Positions 22,155 through 32,514 of a DNA stretch of 64,000 bases are shown piece by piece (positions within the stretch are counted from its first letter, which is position 1; the number at the start of each line of letters is the position of its first letter). The position numbers and the translations under genes were made by a program. The notes under the pieces are model-generated. The model was not told where the DNA came from, ran no database searches, and saw only the letters and a list, made by a program, of their open reading frames with translations. The stretch spans positions 338 through 64,337 of the forward strand of contig JAOARL010000019.1 of the NCBI GenBank assembly GCA_025210555.1, written 5' to 3'. This DNA is from Clostridia bacterium. Its GTDB lineage: Bacteria > Bacillota > Clostridia > Lachnospirales > JAOARL01.

Positions 22155-22965
22155 ATTAATAGCTAGTGATTTAGATGGAACATTACTAAGAGCAAATAAG
22201 ACTATAAGTGAGTATAGCAAGAAAGTATTAAAGGATAATAACGATAATTTTATATTTGTTCCAGTTACCGGTAAAATACTTGGTAAGACTCTTGAAATAC
22301 TTAAAGAATTAGAAGGAATGGATTATGTTGTAGCTATAAATGGTTCGGTTATTTATGATGTAAAAAAAGAAGAAATAATATATGATGTGCCACTTAAACG
22401 AGAAGACTGTATAAAGTTATTTGATCTTACAGATGAATACACTGATATATTTACTTTGTGTACGCATAATAAGTGGATAAAATCATATAAGGTTAACAAA
22501 GGTAGAGTAGAAGAGCATACTTTCTTTGTTGAAAATATGAGAGGTCATATAGAGGTATTAGATGAAGAAATATATAGAATAAATATATATCTTCTTGATG
22601 AATATGAAGAAAAATATTTAAAAATGAAAGAAGAAATAGAAAAAATAGGATTTCATGTATATTTAATAAGGAGTACAGATGGAAGGCCAGGTCTTATATC
22701 AGTTACAAGTAAAGAAGTAAGCAAGAAAAGAGCACTTGATAAAGTTCTTGAGCTTGAAAATGTAAAATGGGATGAAACAGTAGTTTTTGGAGATAACCAA
22801 AATGATAAGGGTATGCTTATGAAGGCTGGTTATTCAGTAGCAATGAAAAATGCACCAGATCATATAAAAGATATTACAGATGATGTAACAGAAAACACAA
22901 ACGATGAAGATGGAGTAGCAAAATATATAGAAGAAAAATTAGGAGAAAAGTTATGTATAAATTAA
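22147..22965 (+). CDS. Cof-type HAD-IIB phosphatase, tandem copy 2
   Basis: SDLDGTLL and FGDNQNDKGML. The start ATGTATAA overlaps the stop of copy 1. Confidence 0.9.
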   Translation: MYKLIASDLDGTLLRANKTISEYSKKVLKDNNDNFIFVPVTGKILGKTLEILKELEGMDYVVAINGSVIYDVKKEEIIYDVPLKREDCIKLFDLTDEYTDIFTLCTHNKWIKSYKVNKGRVEEHTFFVENMRGHIEVLDEEIYRINIYLLDEYEEKYLKMKEEIEKIGFHVYLIRSTDGRPGLISVTSKEVSKKRALDKVLELENVKWDETVVFGDNQNDKGMLMKAGYSVAMKNAPDHIKDITDDVTENTNDEDGVAKYIEEKLGEKLCIN

Positions 22966-23720
22966 TGATTACAGATTTAGATATGACTTTACTAGATAGT
23001 AACAAGAATTTAAGTGAGTATACAGAAAAGTTTATAAAAGAGAAGTTAAATGTGCCACTTATTGCTGCAACAGGAAGATCGTTAATAGAGGCAAAAACTT
23101 TTTTGAAAAGTGTTAGAGCTAAATATATAATTGCTGCAAATGGAGCTGTTATATATGATTGTGAAAGTGAAAAAATAATATATGAAAAATGCATTTCAAA
23201 AGAGAAGTGCATTAAGGTATACAAGTTACTTAAATCTGACGCAGTAAAAGTTTATAGTTCTTTAAATAAGTGTTTTAGAGATAGTGAATTAGATGTGTTT
23301 ATAAGCTCTATAAATGATATAGAGGATAAAATTTACAAGATTGGTGTAGGTTTTGAAAACAAAGATGATTATACAGAATATAAATTAAGGTTGGATGAAC
23401 TTAATCTTGTAAATATGTGTATAGAACATCCATATAAGAGTGGATATTATATGGAAATATCACCAGAAGAATCAGATAAGGTTAATGCAATAAGATATAT
23501 AGCTGATTTATGTCATATTGATATAAAAGATATGGTAGCATTTGGTGATGGGACTAATGATGTAGGAATGTTAAAAGAAGTTGGACTTGGAGTAGCAATG
23601 AAAAATGCAATGGAAGGTGCTCTTGAAGTTTCGGATGATGTAACAGAAAATACAAATGATGAAGATGGAGTAGCAAAATATATAGAAGAAAAATTAGGAG
23701 AAAAGTTATGTATAAGATGA
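22953..23720 (+). CDS. Cof-type HAD-IIB phosphatase, tandem copy 3
   Basis: TDLDMTLL and FGDGTNDVGML. It overlaps its neighbours at both ends. Confidence 0.88.
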   Translation: MYKLMITDLDMTLLDSNKNLSEYTEKFIKEKLNVPLIAATGRSLIEAKTFLKSVRAKYIIAANGAVIYDCESEKIIYEKCISKEKCIKVYKLLKSDAVKVYSSLNKCFRDSELDVFISSINDIEDKIYKIGVGFENKDDYTEYKLRLDELNLVNMCIEHPYKSGYYMEISPEESDKVNAIRYIADLCHIDIKDMVAFGDGTNDVGMLKEVGLGVAMKNAMEGALEVSDDVTENTNDEDGVAKYIEEKLGEKLCIR

Positions 23721-24457
23721 TAATAAGTGATTTAGATGGAACGCTTCTTAGAAGTGATGAAACTGTAAGTAAGGAATCAATAGATTTTATTAATAATTTA
23801 GAGATTCCTTTTGCGGTTGCAACAGGTAGAATATTAGGGGACGTAAAGAAGTTCTTAGCTGGAGCTAAGTTTAAATATGTAATGGCTGCAAATGGTTCTA
23901 TTATATATGATATGGAAGAAGATAAGATGATATATGAAAAGTGTATAAGTAAAGAAAATGCTGAGAAATACTACAATATAGTAAAAGATAATGCTTATAA
24001 GGCATATGCAAGTATGATAGATGATTGGCTTCAAATAGAAGAGGGACAAAATTTTGATGAACTTGGAAATATTTATAAAATGTCAGCATTTTTTAATACG
24101 GAAGAAGAATATAGAGAAATTGAAGAAGAAATTTTAGCATTAGGACTTAAAACTTTCTTTATGGAAGATCCATATACTGATGGATATTACATGGAAGTAG
24201 TTGAAACAGGTTCAAGTAAGAAAGCTGCTATTGAATATATGTTAAAAGATTTTGGAGTTGAACTTAAAGATATAGTTGCATTTGGTGATAGTAAAAATGA
24301 CTTGGAAATGTTAGAAGCAGTAGGGCATGGAGTAGCAATGAAAAATGCATCAGAGGATGCAAAAGAAATAGCTGATGATATAGCTTCAAAAACTAATGAT
24401 GAAGATGGTGTAATAGCTTACATAAAAGAAAAATTAGGAGAAAAATTATATGTATAA
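23708..24457 (+). CDS. Cof-type HAD-IIB phosphatase, tandem copy 4
   Basis: SDLDGTLL and FGDSKNDLEML. Overlapping start and stop. Confidence 0.9.
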   Translation: MYKMIISDLDGTLLRSDETVSKESIDFINNLEIPFAVATGRILGDVKKFLAGAKFKYVMAANGSIIYDMEEDKMIYEKCISKENAEKYYNIVKDNAYKAYASMIDDWLQIEEGQNFDELGNIYKMSAFFNTEEEYREIEEEILALGLKTFFMEDPYTDGYYMEVVETGSSKKAAIEYMLKDFGVELKDIVAFGDSKNDLEMLEAVGHGVAMKNASEDAKEIADDIASKTNDEDGVIAYIKEKLGEKLYV

Positions 24458-25199
24458 GATGATAATAAGTGATTTAGATGGAACGCTTCTTAGAAGTGAT
24501 CAAGTTATAAGTAGAGAATCTATAGACTTTATTAATGGATTAAATGTTCCTTTTGTTGTTGCAACAGGAAGAATAGTAGGGGATGTAAAAAAGTTATTAA
24601 ATGGGATTAAATTCAAGTATGCAATTACAGCAAATGGGGCTATTATATATGATATGGAAGAAGATAAGGTAATATATGAAAAGCATATAAGTAAAGAGGC
24701 TATTAAAAAGTGCTATGATATTATAAAGAATACTTGTGATGAAACATATGTAAGTATGATAGATGATTGGACAAAAATAGAAAATGAAGAGACATTAGAT
24801 AAATTAGGAAATACATATACAATGTCAGCATTTTTTAATAAAGAAGAAGATTATAGAGAGCTAGAAGATGATATCTTAGGACTAGGTCTTAAAACTTTAT
24901 TTATGAAAGATACATATAGTGATAGATATTACATGGAAATACTTTCAACAGGTCTAAATAAAAGAGTTGCTATTGAATATATGCTAAGTGAGTTTGGATT
25001 AGAGATTGAAGACATATTAGCTTTTGGAGATAGTGAAAATGATTTAGAGATGTTAGGTGCAGTAGGACACGGAGTAGCTATGAAAAACGCGGTAGAAGAA
25101 CTTAAAGAAATAGCTGATGATATAGCACCAAAAACAAATGATGAAGATGGGGTAATGCATTACATAAAAGAAAAACTAGGAGTGAAAGCATATGTATAA
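24450..25199 (+). CDS. Cof-type HAD-IIB phosphatase, tandem copy 5
   Basis: SDLDGTLL and FGDSENDLEML. Roughly 70 percent identical to copy 4 by eye. Confidence 0.9.
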   Translation: MYKMIISDLDGTLLRSDQVISRESIDFINGLNVPFVVATGRIVGDVKKLLNGIKFKYAITANGAIIYDMEEDKVIYEKHISKEAIKKCYDIIKNTCDETYVSMIDDWTKIENEETLDKLGNTYTMSAFFNKEEDYRELEDDILGLGLKTLFMKDTYSDRYYMEILSTGLNKRVAIEYMLSEFGLEIEDILAFGDSENDLEMLGAVGHGVAMKNAVEELKEIADDIAPKTNDEDGVMHYIKEKLGVKAYV

Positions 25200-25962
25200 A
25201 CTAATAGCAAGTGACATGGATGGAACTTTTTTGAATTCAGTAGGAAAAGTGAGCAATAATTCTGCAGAGTACATAAAAGATTTAAAAGAATTTATGTTTG
25301 TACCTACAACAGGTAGAGAAGTGGGATTTATAAAGGAAACTTTAGAGGGCTTAAATATTAATTATATTATAGCTTGTAATGGGGCGATTATATATGATAA
25401 TAAAAATGATGAAATTATATATAAAAGTATCATAAAGGAATCAGTGTATAAAGATATTTTAGAAGCAATAAAAGATATGACAGCTAGAGTTGAGTTTCAG
25501 TTTTTTAGTGGTGATATAATGCTTAATAATAGTGAATCGCTTAGTTTTATAAATTCTTTAGAGAAAGATGTATATAAAATGAACTTATACTTTGAAAATG
25601 AGACTGATTATCATTTTTGTGCAAATAAATTTGAAAAAATAGATTCAGAGTTTTATTATATAAAAAATCCAGATGGATCTTCACATTCAATTGAGATAGT
25701 AGCTAAAGGAAATAGTAAAAAAACAGGAATAAAAAGGTTAGCAGAGATATTAAAAGTGGAAGAATATGAAATAATAGCAATAGGAGACAGTGCTAATGAT
25801 ATTCCTATGTTTGAAGTAGCAGGATTATCAGTAGCAATGCAAAATGCACCTGAAAGCATAAAGGAAGTAGCAGATTTAGTTACATATAAAAATAATGATA
25901 ATGATGGAGTAATTGACTTTATAGAAAAAGAATTACTTGAAAAAGCGAGTAATGTAGAATAG
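25192..25962 (+). CDS. Cof-type HAD-IIB phosphatase, tandem copy 6
   Basis: SDMDGTFL and IGDSANDIPMF. Overlapping start. Confidence 0.88.
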   Translation: MYKLIASDMDGTFLNSVGKVSNNSAEYIKDLKEFMFVPTTGREVGFIKETLEGLNINYIIACNGAIIYDNKNDEIIYKSIIKESVYKDILEAIKDMTARVEFQFFSGDIMLNNSESLSFINSLEKDVYKMNLYFENETDYHFCANKFEKIDSEFYYIKNPDGSSHSIEIVAKGNSKKTGIKRLAEILKVEEYEIIAIGDSANDIPMFEVAGLSVAMQNAPESIKEVADLVTYKNNDNDGVIDFIEKELLEKASNVE

Positions 25963-25975
25963 TAGGGGATAACTT

Positions 25976-26923
25976 ATGAAGATAAAACAATATCAAGGAC
26001 ATTATAGTATCAATTTTATAATAATAATCCTAATTATTTGTATAGTAGATATCTCTATGAACTTTATGAATCAAAACTATATGGTGGTTAGAAATATAGC
26101 TAGTACTTTTGTATTTCCAGCTTTTATTTTTCTTGTGATATATAAGTTAGCATCATATAAAACAATGACTGCTGAGTTTGAATTAGTGGAAGAAGGACTT
26201 AGATATTTAAAAGGGCATATAAATATATTAGTTCCTTTTGAAAACATAAGTAAAACAATGAGAGAATCTAGTAGAGAGGCTGAATATATATTTAAAGATG
26301 ATAACCTACTTGAAAAAGCAGGAGGTAGTTTATCACTTAATTATAGAGAAGATTATCTTATGCCAATATTAATTAAGAAAAATAGTAAAAGCAGAAAATT
26401 TATTAAAGAATTAGAAAGTAAGATAATCAAATCTTCAAATGATAATATAGTAATGGATAAGGTAAATACTAAGAAGAGAATATTTTTATTTTTAATTCCT
26501 TTTCTAGTTTTAGCAGTAGGTATATTAACAAAAAGGCCAGATACTTTGGTAGCTTTAATATTAATGCCTTATTATATAAAGTTATTAAAAGAATCAAGGA
26601 ACATAAGTCTTTTCAAAGACAGAATTAGAGTTAAGCCAATATTTGGAGAAACTTTTAATATAGACTTAAAAGATATAGAAAGAGTAGAAGAAGGACAAGA
26701 GTCAAATAAATTAAGATTATATATTTATGTTGATTATAAAGTTGTGAAAATTTTAGATAGAATATTAGAATCATATCCAGTTGGTAGAAGATCTTCTAGA
26801 TCTATGAACTCAGTAAGATTCACATTTACTAATTATTTCTATGTTAAGTTTGATAATGAAGAAGAACTTAGTAACTTTAAAAGAAGGATAGAAGCATATA
26901 TGTTATCAGAAAAAATGTATTAG
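25976..26923 (+). CDS. hypothetical membrane protein
   Basis: Four predicted hydrophobic helices. No recognisable motif. Confidence 0.65.
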   Translation: MKIKQYQGHYSINFIIIILIICIVDISMNFMNQNYMVVRNIASTFVFPAFIFLVIYKLASYKTMTAEFELVEEGLRYLKGHINILVPFENISKTMRESSREAEYIFKDDNLLEKAGGSLSLNYREDYLMPILIKKNSKSRKFIKELESKIIKSSNDNIVMDKVNTKKRIFLFLIPFLVLAVGILTKRPDTLVALILMPYYIKLLKESRNISLFKDRIRVKPIFGETFNIDLKDIERVEEGQESNKLRLYIYVDYKVVKILDRILESYPVGRRSSRSMNSVRFTFTNYFYVKFDNEEELSNFKRRIEAYMLSEKMY

Positions 26924-26931
26924 GAGATATT

Positions 26932-28272
26932 ATGGAATTAGTATTAGATAATAAAAAAGACTTTTATAATAAAATGTTTAAAATAGCTATTCCAGTAATA
27001 TTAATGTCATTAGCTACTATAGGACTTAATATACTGGATACTATTATGATAAATAGTTTAGGAAAAGAATATGTAGCTGCTACTAGCATGAGTAATAAGT
27101 TTATGTTCATATTGTATATGCTAGTGTCAGCTCTTAATGGCTCACTTAATATATTTATAAGTAGACACTTAGGTAAAGGGGATGAAAAACATGCAGTATC
27201 TGCTCTTGGACATGTAATTAAAATAAATAAAGTTTTGTCAGTAATATTTATAATATTGGCATTAATGGTTCCAAGACAAATACTAAGTATGTATAATCAA
27301 AATCCAATGTTTTTAGATATAGGTGTTAATTACCTTAAAATAGCCTCATTTTCGTATTTCTTCATGACCATAAGTCTTACTATGGCAACAGGGCTTAAAG
27401 CAGAAGGAAAGACGTATAACATGATGTATGTGTCTATATTTGCACTTATGATAAATACATTGCTTAACTATTTACTTATATTTGGAAATTTTGGATTTCC
27501 AATGATGGCTGAAAAAGGAGCTGCTCTAGCTACTGTTGTAGCCAGAGTTGTTGAATGCATATTACTTTTCAATGTATTTAAGAAAAACTTCAATGTAATA
27601 GATGTATTTAAACATAAGATGGAAGAACATATAAGAAAGAACTTTTATAAACTTGCAGTACCTAAACTTGTAGGAGATATATTTTGGGTAGTAGGAGTAA
27701 ATGTTATGGCTATAATGTATACCAATATAGGTATAACAGGAGCAGCACTATTTGCGCTTATAAGCCCACTTGAAGATTTTACAATGGCCTTTTTTACAGG
27801 TATGAATGTGTCATATATATATGCTCTTAATATTAAAATTGGTGAGAAAAAGTTTGGGGAGTTAAAAAGACTTATAATAGAATTTTTAAAGATTACAATA
27901 ATACTTAGTATAGTATTAACTATAATAGATATACTATTTGGAAATGTACTTATAAGTTTATATAGTTTATCAGCGGCAGATACTGCTACACTTAAAAATA
28001 TGGTAATAATATTTATAGCAGCAATACTTATGAAGGGTATAGAAAAAACGCTATGCCTTGGGGTATTAGATGCAGCAGGAGATTGCTGGTTTGTATTTTA
28101 TGCTGATATGATAGCTATGTGGTTTTTTACTATGCCAGCTATATATATAATAGGTTATGTATATAAATTGCCATTTGAGTATATATATGCATCTCATATT
28201 ATGAGAATAGGAGTAAGACTAATATTTATTTTAGCAAGACTTAAAAGTAAAAAATGGATAATGGATGTATAA
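26932..28272 (+). CDS. MATE-family efflux transporter
   Basis: About 12 hydrophobic segments, an N-terminus typical of MATE/NorM proteins (FYNKMFKIAIPVILMSL) and a length of 446 aa. Confidence 0.85.
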   Translation: MELVLDNKKDFYNKMFKIAIPVILMSLATIGLNILDTIMINSLGKEYVAATSMSNKFMFILYMLVSALNGSLNIFISRHLGKGDEKHAVSALGHVIKINKVLSVIFIILALMVPRQILSMYNQNPMFLDIGVNYLKIASFSYFFMTISLTMATGLKAEGKTYNMMYVSIFALMINTLLNYLLIFGNFGFPMMAEKGAALATVVARVVECILLFNVFKKNFNVIDVFKHKMEEHIRKNFYKLAVPKLVGDIFWVVGVNVMAIMYTNIGITGAALFALISPLEDFTMAFFTGMNVSYIYALNIKIGEKKFGELKRLIIEFLKITIILSIVLTIIDILFGNVLISLYSLSAADTATLKNMVIIFIAAILMKGIEKTLCLGVLDAAGDCWFVFYADMIAMWFFTMPAIYIIGYVYKLPFEYIYASHIMRIGVRLIFILARLKSKKWIMDV

Positions 28273-28307
28273 AAAAAGCACCTTCTAAGATAGCTTAGAG
28301 GGTGTTT

Positions 28308-28649
28308 TTAAACGTCATACTCATCAAAATCAGGTCCGCGTTGCCACTTTTCTAAAAGATTCATAGTTCTTTCTTTGTTATAAGGATCACTTTTAACAAT
28401 CTTAAGACCTGGCTCGGGAACAATATTTGCAGCTAAAGTTTCTACATTTTCTAAGATGGGTTCTACAATATATGATTGATGTCCTTCAATTTTATAGAGT
28501 TGAGGATGTTTTACTATTCCCACATAACTTGGAATATCAAAACCTAAATCATTAGGCTTTACAACAACTACATCTTCAACTAGAAATTTCATATCTCCAT
28601 TATTTAGAGAATTAATTAATCTTCCAATTAAACTATTTGAGTTTTTCAT
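28308..28649 (-). CDS. hypothetical small protein
   Basis: GGAGG RBS before the ATG at 28649. The longer ORF to 28775 would run through the divergent promoter region. Confidence 0.6.
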   Translation of the reverse strand: MKNSNSLIGRLINSLNNGDMKFLVEDVVVVKPNDLGFDIPSYVGIVKHPQLYKIEGHQSYIVEPILENVETLAANIVPEPGLKIVKSDPYNKERTMNLLEKWQRGPDFDEYDV

Positions 28650-28723
28650 AATATACCTCCATACGTTAATAAAAAAATTATATAATAAGACAAAATATTC
28701 GTCAATAAATTTTCTGAAAATTC

Positions 28724-28752
28724 TTGACCCGCATACTTTTATACTGTACAAT
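28724..28752 (+). promoter_or_regulatory. sigma-A-like promoter (TTGACC-17-TACAAT) with a shared upstream box
   Basis: ctgaaaattcTTGACC, then 17 nt, then TACAAT. The same gaaaattcttgacc box recurs at 30283. Confidence 0.55.
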
Positions 28753-28783
28753 GTGTATCGTGTAATAGAAAACATTAAAGGGG

Positions 28784-29779
28784 ATGAATATGGAATTTAA
28801 ATTTTATTGGGTTGGAACTAATGGGCAGTCATATGGACTTTCTCCAAAAAAAGCTGTTGTTGAAAGAGATAAAATAATAATGGATAATGAAGAATTATTA
28901 TTTGACGACGTAGAAGAACAGAGATTAGAGGGAAAAAAGTTAATTATATGGCTTAGTAATAAAGAACATCCATTTATGAAGAAGAAACTAAATGATGATG
29001 GAGTTATATGCATAGAAATATGCAAAGGAGATAAGAAAGAAGCAGCTAATAGTATAACTAGTGGAATGATAGAAAAGAAGATAAGAAAATCTATGGAAAC
29101 AGGAGAGCATGTTGATGTAACAGTTTGTCCTAAATGTGGAGTAAAGAGAATACTTGAAAACGGAACAGACACTTTAATTCACTGTGCAAATTGTAAGAGT
29201 GTATATGATGAAAGAACTAAAATGATAAAAATAGATTCAGATAAATATGGTATATGTGATAAAACAAATCTATTTGGAATTACTAACAAATATCGTATGT
29301 TTGAACTTTACTTTTTCCTTATATATTATAGTTACTCATACGGGACACTTAGCCTATCAATGGCGCATGTAAAAAAGAATATCAATACTAGGTTAAGAAA
29401 TGATATAATAGCACTTGTAGCATCTATTGTAGTAGGTTATTTTAACCCATTAGGTTATTTAATAATACTTGCAGTAATATTTAATGTACCTACAAGTATA
29501 TATTTAAGAATTAAAGCGCATAAAAATTTAAAGTTAATAACAGATCAAAAAGACAAAGATTTAGTTGAAGCAAACACTTTAATGCTTAAAAGTGATGCAG
29601 AAGGGGCTATTAAAATTTATGATAAACTTCTTATGGATAATCCAGATAACGTAGGAGTTAAATATAATAGATTTATAGCAAAAATGTCATTAACAGATGA
29701 CGCTGATGCATTAAAAGGAGAAGTAGAAGATTTCTTAAAAGTATCTAAATATTATGAGCCATTTAATATGTTATGGTAA
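28784..29779 (+). CDS. hypothetical protein: zinc-ribbon (CPKCG...CANC), TM segments, TPR-like C-terminus
   Basis: A 331-codon ORF with two CxxC pairs, hydrophobic helices at about aa 175-240 and a helical repeat tail. Confidence 0.65.
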   Translation: MNMEFKFYWVGTNGQSYGLSPKKAVVERDKIIMDNEELLFDDVEEQRLEGKKLIIWLSNKEHPFMKKKLNDDGVICIEICKGDKKEAANSITSGMIEKKIRKSMETGEHVDVTVCPKCGVKRILENGTDTLIHCANCKSVYDERTKMIKIDSDKYGICDKTNLFGITNKYRMFELYFFLIYYSYSYGTLSLSMAHVKKNINTRLRNDIIALVASIVVGYFNPLGYLIILAVIFNVPTSIYLRIKAHKNLKLITDQKDKDLVEANTLMLKSDAEGAIKIYDKLLMDNPDNVGVKYNRFIAKMSLTDDADALKGEVEDFLKVSKYYEPFNMLW

Positions 29780-29813
29780 ATAATAAAATATAAAACATAA
29801 AAGGAGAGATAGA

Positions 29814-30257
29814 ATGAACGGTGGATCATTAAAATCAGCAATAGGAACAGTAATAGCAATAATATTAGTAGTAGGGGTGAAATTTGGGATAAGAGAATTT
29901 ATGCCAGTAAGTGATGCGCAAATACAACAAGATCTAGAGGAAATGATTGCAAAAGAAAACGAAGCATTCCCACAAGTTATAGAAGAAGTATTGTTAGTAG
30001 AGAAAATGGAAGTATTAGAAGATAAGACAATATTATTTAAGTATAAGTTCTTATACAATGTAAAAGAAGACTTTGAAGATACTGGAGCATTAGTAAGCGA
30101 AGGTAGAAAAGCTGCTTTAGAAAACTTAAGTAATGGAGAGTTATCAGAGCTAGCAAAATATGGTGTTAAATTAAGTTATATATATAAAGATATGAATGAA
30201 GCTGAAATTGCTAGTTTCATAATAATGCCAGATGAATATAAAGAGTTTAAGAAGTAA
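29814..30257 (+). CDS. hypothetical protein with N-terminal TM anchor
   Basis: RBS AAGGAGAG and a 147-aa ORF. Confidence 0.65.
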   Translation: MNGGSLKSAIGTVIAIILVVGVKFGIREFMPVSDAQIQQDLEEMIAKENEAFPQVIEEVLLVEKMEVLEDKTILFKYKFLYNVKEDFEDTGALVSEGRKAALENLSNGELSELAKYGVKLSYIYKDMNEAEIASFIIMPDEYKEFKK

Positions 30258-30290
30258 TAAAATAAAAAGAAGATAATTGTCAGAAAATTC

Positions 30291-30319
30291 TTGACCGTTA
30301 TCTTTTTTTAATGTAAAAT
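30291..30319 (+). promoter_or_regulatory. sigma-A-like promoter (TTGACC-17-TAAAAT) with a shared upstream box
   Basis: cagaaaattcTTGACC, then 17 nt, then TAAAAT. It lies upstream of the small-ORF cluster. Confidence 0.55.
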
Positions 30320-30349
30320 AATTATAACGTTAAAAATAGGAGTGATATT

Positions 30350-30595
30350 ATGGCAGACAATACAGGATTTGACATTAATGATATAAGCTATGAGTTATCA
30401 ACAGCAGGGGTTAATCAAAAAGATGTAGATGAATATGTAAAAGAAAAAAGCGGTGTAGGTCCAATTGTTTTACCTAATGGAGAGATAGTATATAAAGAAG
30501 GTGGAACAACATATAGAAGTTATTCTCTTGGAGATAATAACTATGTAGAGATATTAGAAAATGGTGAGGATGAACCATTTATACTGAGATACTAA
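30350..30595 (+). CDS. hypothetical small protein
   Basis: RBS TAGGAGTG. First of six co-oriented small ORFs. Confidence 0.55.
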   Translation: MADNTGFDINDISYELSTAGVNQKDVDEYVKEKSGVGPIVLPNGEIVYKEGGTTYRSYSLGDNNYVEILENGEDEPFILRY

Positions 30596-30620
30596 TAAAA
30601 AATAAATAGGAGTGGTTTAA

Positions 30621-30827
30621 ATGGGAAATACTAATAATTGCCCAAACAAAGACCCAGAAGGAAAGCATTGTGAAAAATGTGTGACAAGAGTAAATCAAGA
30701 TTATGTAACTAGCTTAGTAGAAGGGTTTAGCTACGAAGAAGAAAAAGAAGTAGTTACTGAGAAAATTACTAGATTAGGAACAGACAAAGGAAAAGAATAT
30801 TCACTAGATGATATGGCTGGAATATAG
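30621..30827 (+). CDS. hypothetical small protein (CPNK..HCEKC cysteine motif)
   Basis: RBS TAGGAGTGG. Confidence 0.5.
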   Translation: MGNTNNCPNKDPEGKHCEKCVTRVNQDYVTSLVEGFSYEEEKEVVTEKITRLGTDKGKEYSLDDMAGI

Positions 30828-30856
30828 AATTATATTATAGTATGGAGTGATTTAAA

Positions 30857-31264
30857 ATGAATTGGAATGGAAGTTCAGCGCCGATATATACACAACTTGA
30901 AATATTAAGAGACCCTAAACTTGTAGAGGCATATAGTAAGGGGGAGGCTGCAATGAGGTTATCAGATACATCTTTTCAGAGAAGATATAGTGATGATCAT
31001 CCAAGTAATGCTGGAAAAACAATAATACATGGATATGGACTTGGAGCTATGACGTTTGATGTAGAAGAAGGACCGGAAAATAAATCAAGCCTTGGTGGAG
31101 CTCAAATACCACTTGATAAAGCGATTGAAATAAGAAGATTCTTAGAAGAAAAGCCATCAGATGTTGAATTGTTTGATGTAAAGAACTATGAAGAAGCAAT
31201 TCAAAAAGTTGATAATGTTGAAGTAAGTTTTAGAACAGAAACATTAAATATAGCAATGGGTTAA
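30857..31264 (+). CDS. hypothetical protein
   Basis: RBS TGGAGTG. A terminator follows at 31265-31290. Confidence 0.6.
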   Translation: MNWNGSSAPIYTQLEILRDPKLVEAYSKGEAAMRLSDTSFQRRYSDDHPSNAGKTIIHGYGLGAMTFDVEEGPENKSSLGGAQIPLDKAIEIRRFLEEKPSDVELFDVKNYEEAIQKVDNVEVSFRTETLNIAMG

Positions 31265-31301
31265 AGAGAGTAGAAATGCTCTTTTTTATTGGAGGATAAA
31301 T

Positions 31302-31607
31302 ATGAGTGGAGAAATAAAAGAAATAGAAGTATTTAAAGGAATTAAAATAAGTTTTGTAGAAGACTTAAATGATAAAAGAGTAATTAAGATGTATGAGGAT
31401 AGAGAAATATGGCATAGACAAGGAGAGGGCTATGTTAATAAGGTGAATCCAGATAATATACAAAACTATATAGATGAAAATGAAAATTTTGTAAAAATTG
31501 ATTATGCAAGTGATATGAGTAACATTAATGGTAAAGAGGTAACTACAGTAGAAGCAATATCATTTGTAGCAAGTAAAATATATCCGCAAGACGAGGAGGT
31601 ATTATAA
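31302..31607 (+). CDS. hypothetical small protein
   Basis: RBS TGGAGGA. The stop overlaps the next start (TAATG). Confidence 0.55.
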   Translation: MSGEIKEIEVFKGIKISFVEDLNDKRVIKMYEDREIWHRQGEGYVNKVNPDNIQNYIDENENFVKIDYASDMSNINGKEVTTVEAISFVASKIYPQDEEVL

Positions 31608-32014
31608 TGAGTGAAATAAAAGATGAGTTTATAGAGTTATTGAATACAAATTTAGAAATAGACAGAGTTGATGGTAAGATGATGCCAGTGGTTCTATTTG
31701 CTGATTATTTATTAGAAGCAGAAAACTTCTCTATGTATATGAATGGTGAAATGGCACTTAAAGTAGGACTTACAGGAATGCAATATGTAGTAGACGAAAA
31801 AATTAATTTAGACACAGAAGAATATGGAAGAATAGTTTTTGATATAAATACAAAGAAATGTAAATATAATGAAGTAAATATGCCTCTTCATATGAGTAAA
31901 AAAGTAGCAAACTACATAACAGGAATAGATGGCAAGATTTCTGAAGAAGCTATGATGTTTGCAGAAACACATGCATCAGATTTAGTTAATGATGAAATAG
32001 AAGAAGGGTTATAA
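31607..32014 (+). CDS. hypothetical protein
   Basis: Translationally coupled to the previous ORF. Confidence 0.6.
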   Translation: MSEIKDEFIELLNTNLEIDRVDGKMMPVVLFADYLLEAENFSMYMNGEMALKVGLTGMQYVVDEKINLDTEEYGRIVFDINTKKCKYNEVNMPLHMSKKVANYITGIDGKISEEAMMFAETHASDLVNDEIEEGL

Positions 32015-32025
32015 AGGAGAAGCTT

Positions 32026-32418
32026 ATGGAAGTAATGATAAATGGGATAACTATAGAATACACAGAGTCTGCAGATCCCAAAGATGCAAGGTTTAGAAAA
32101 ATAGGTGAAGGATATCAAAAGTTAGATCCAGATAATCCGTTTAATAAGTATGTAGTAGCAGAAGGTATGATGACATATTTAGATTTTGTAATAGGAACAA
32201 GTAGAATTAGTTTTAATAAAGAATATTATCCAGATGCTGTAATTTTAGAAACTGTAACAGCAGATAAAGTAGCAATGCACTTTTGTGGATTAGATGTTGA
32301 AAGAGATGAAGAGTTTGAGAAGCTGTTAAATCAACTAAATAGAAGTAATAGAGTTGATGATATGAGCATGTCAAGAGATGTAATAGGAATAGAGATAGAT
32401 AAAGATTTAGATTTTTAA
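32026..32418 (+). CDS. hypothetical protein
   Basis: RBS AAGGAGAAG. A terminator follows at 32420-32442. Confidence 0.6.
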   Translation: MEVMINGITIEYTESADPKDARFRKIGEGYQKLDPDNPFNKYVVAEGMMTYLDFVIGTSRISFNKEYYPDAVILETVTADKVAMHFCGLDVERDEEFEKLLNQLNRSNRVDDMSMSRDVIGIEIDKDLDF

Positions 32419-32514
32419 AGATAGCGTAAGCTATCTTTTTTAATACAAACCTTTAATATTCATTTAAAACGTGATATAATACTAGAGGACTATCTTTAAA
32501 AGGAGAATATATAA

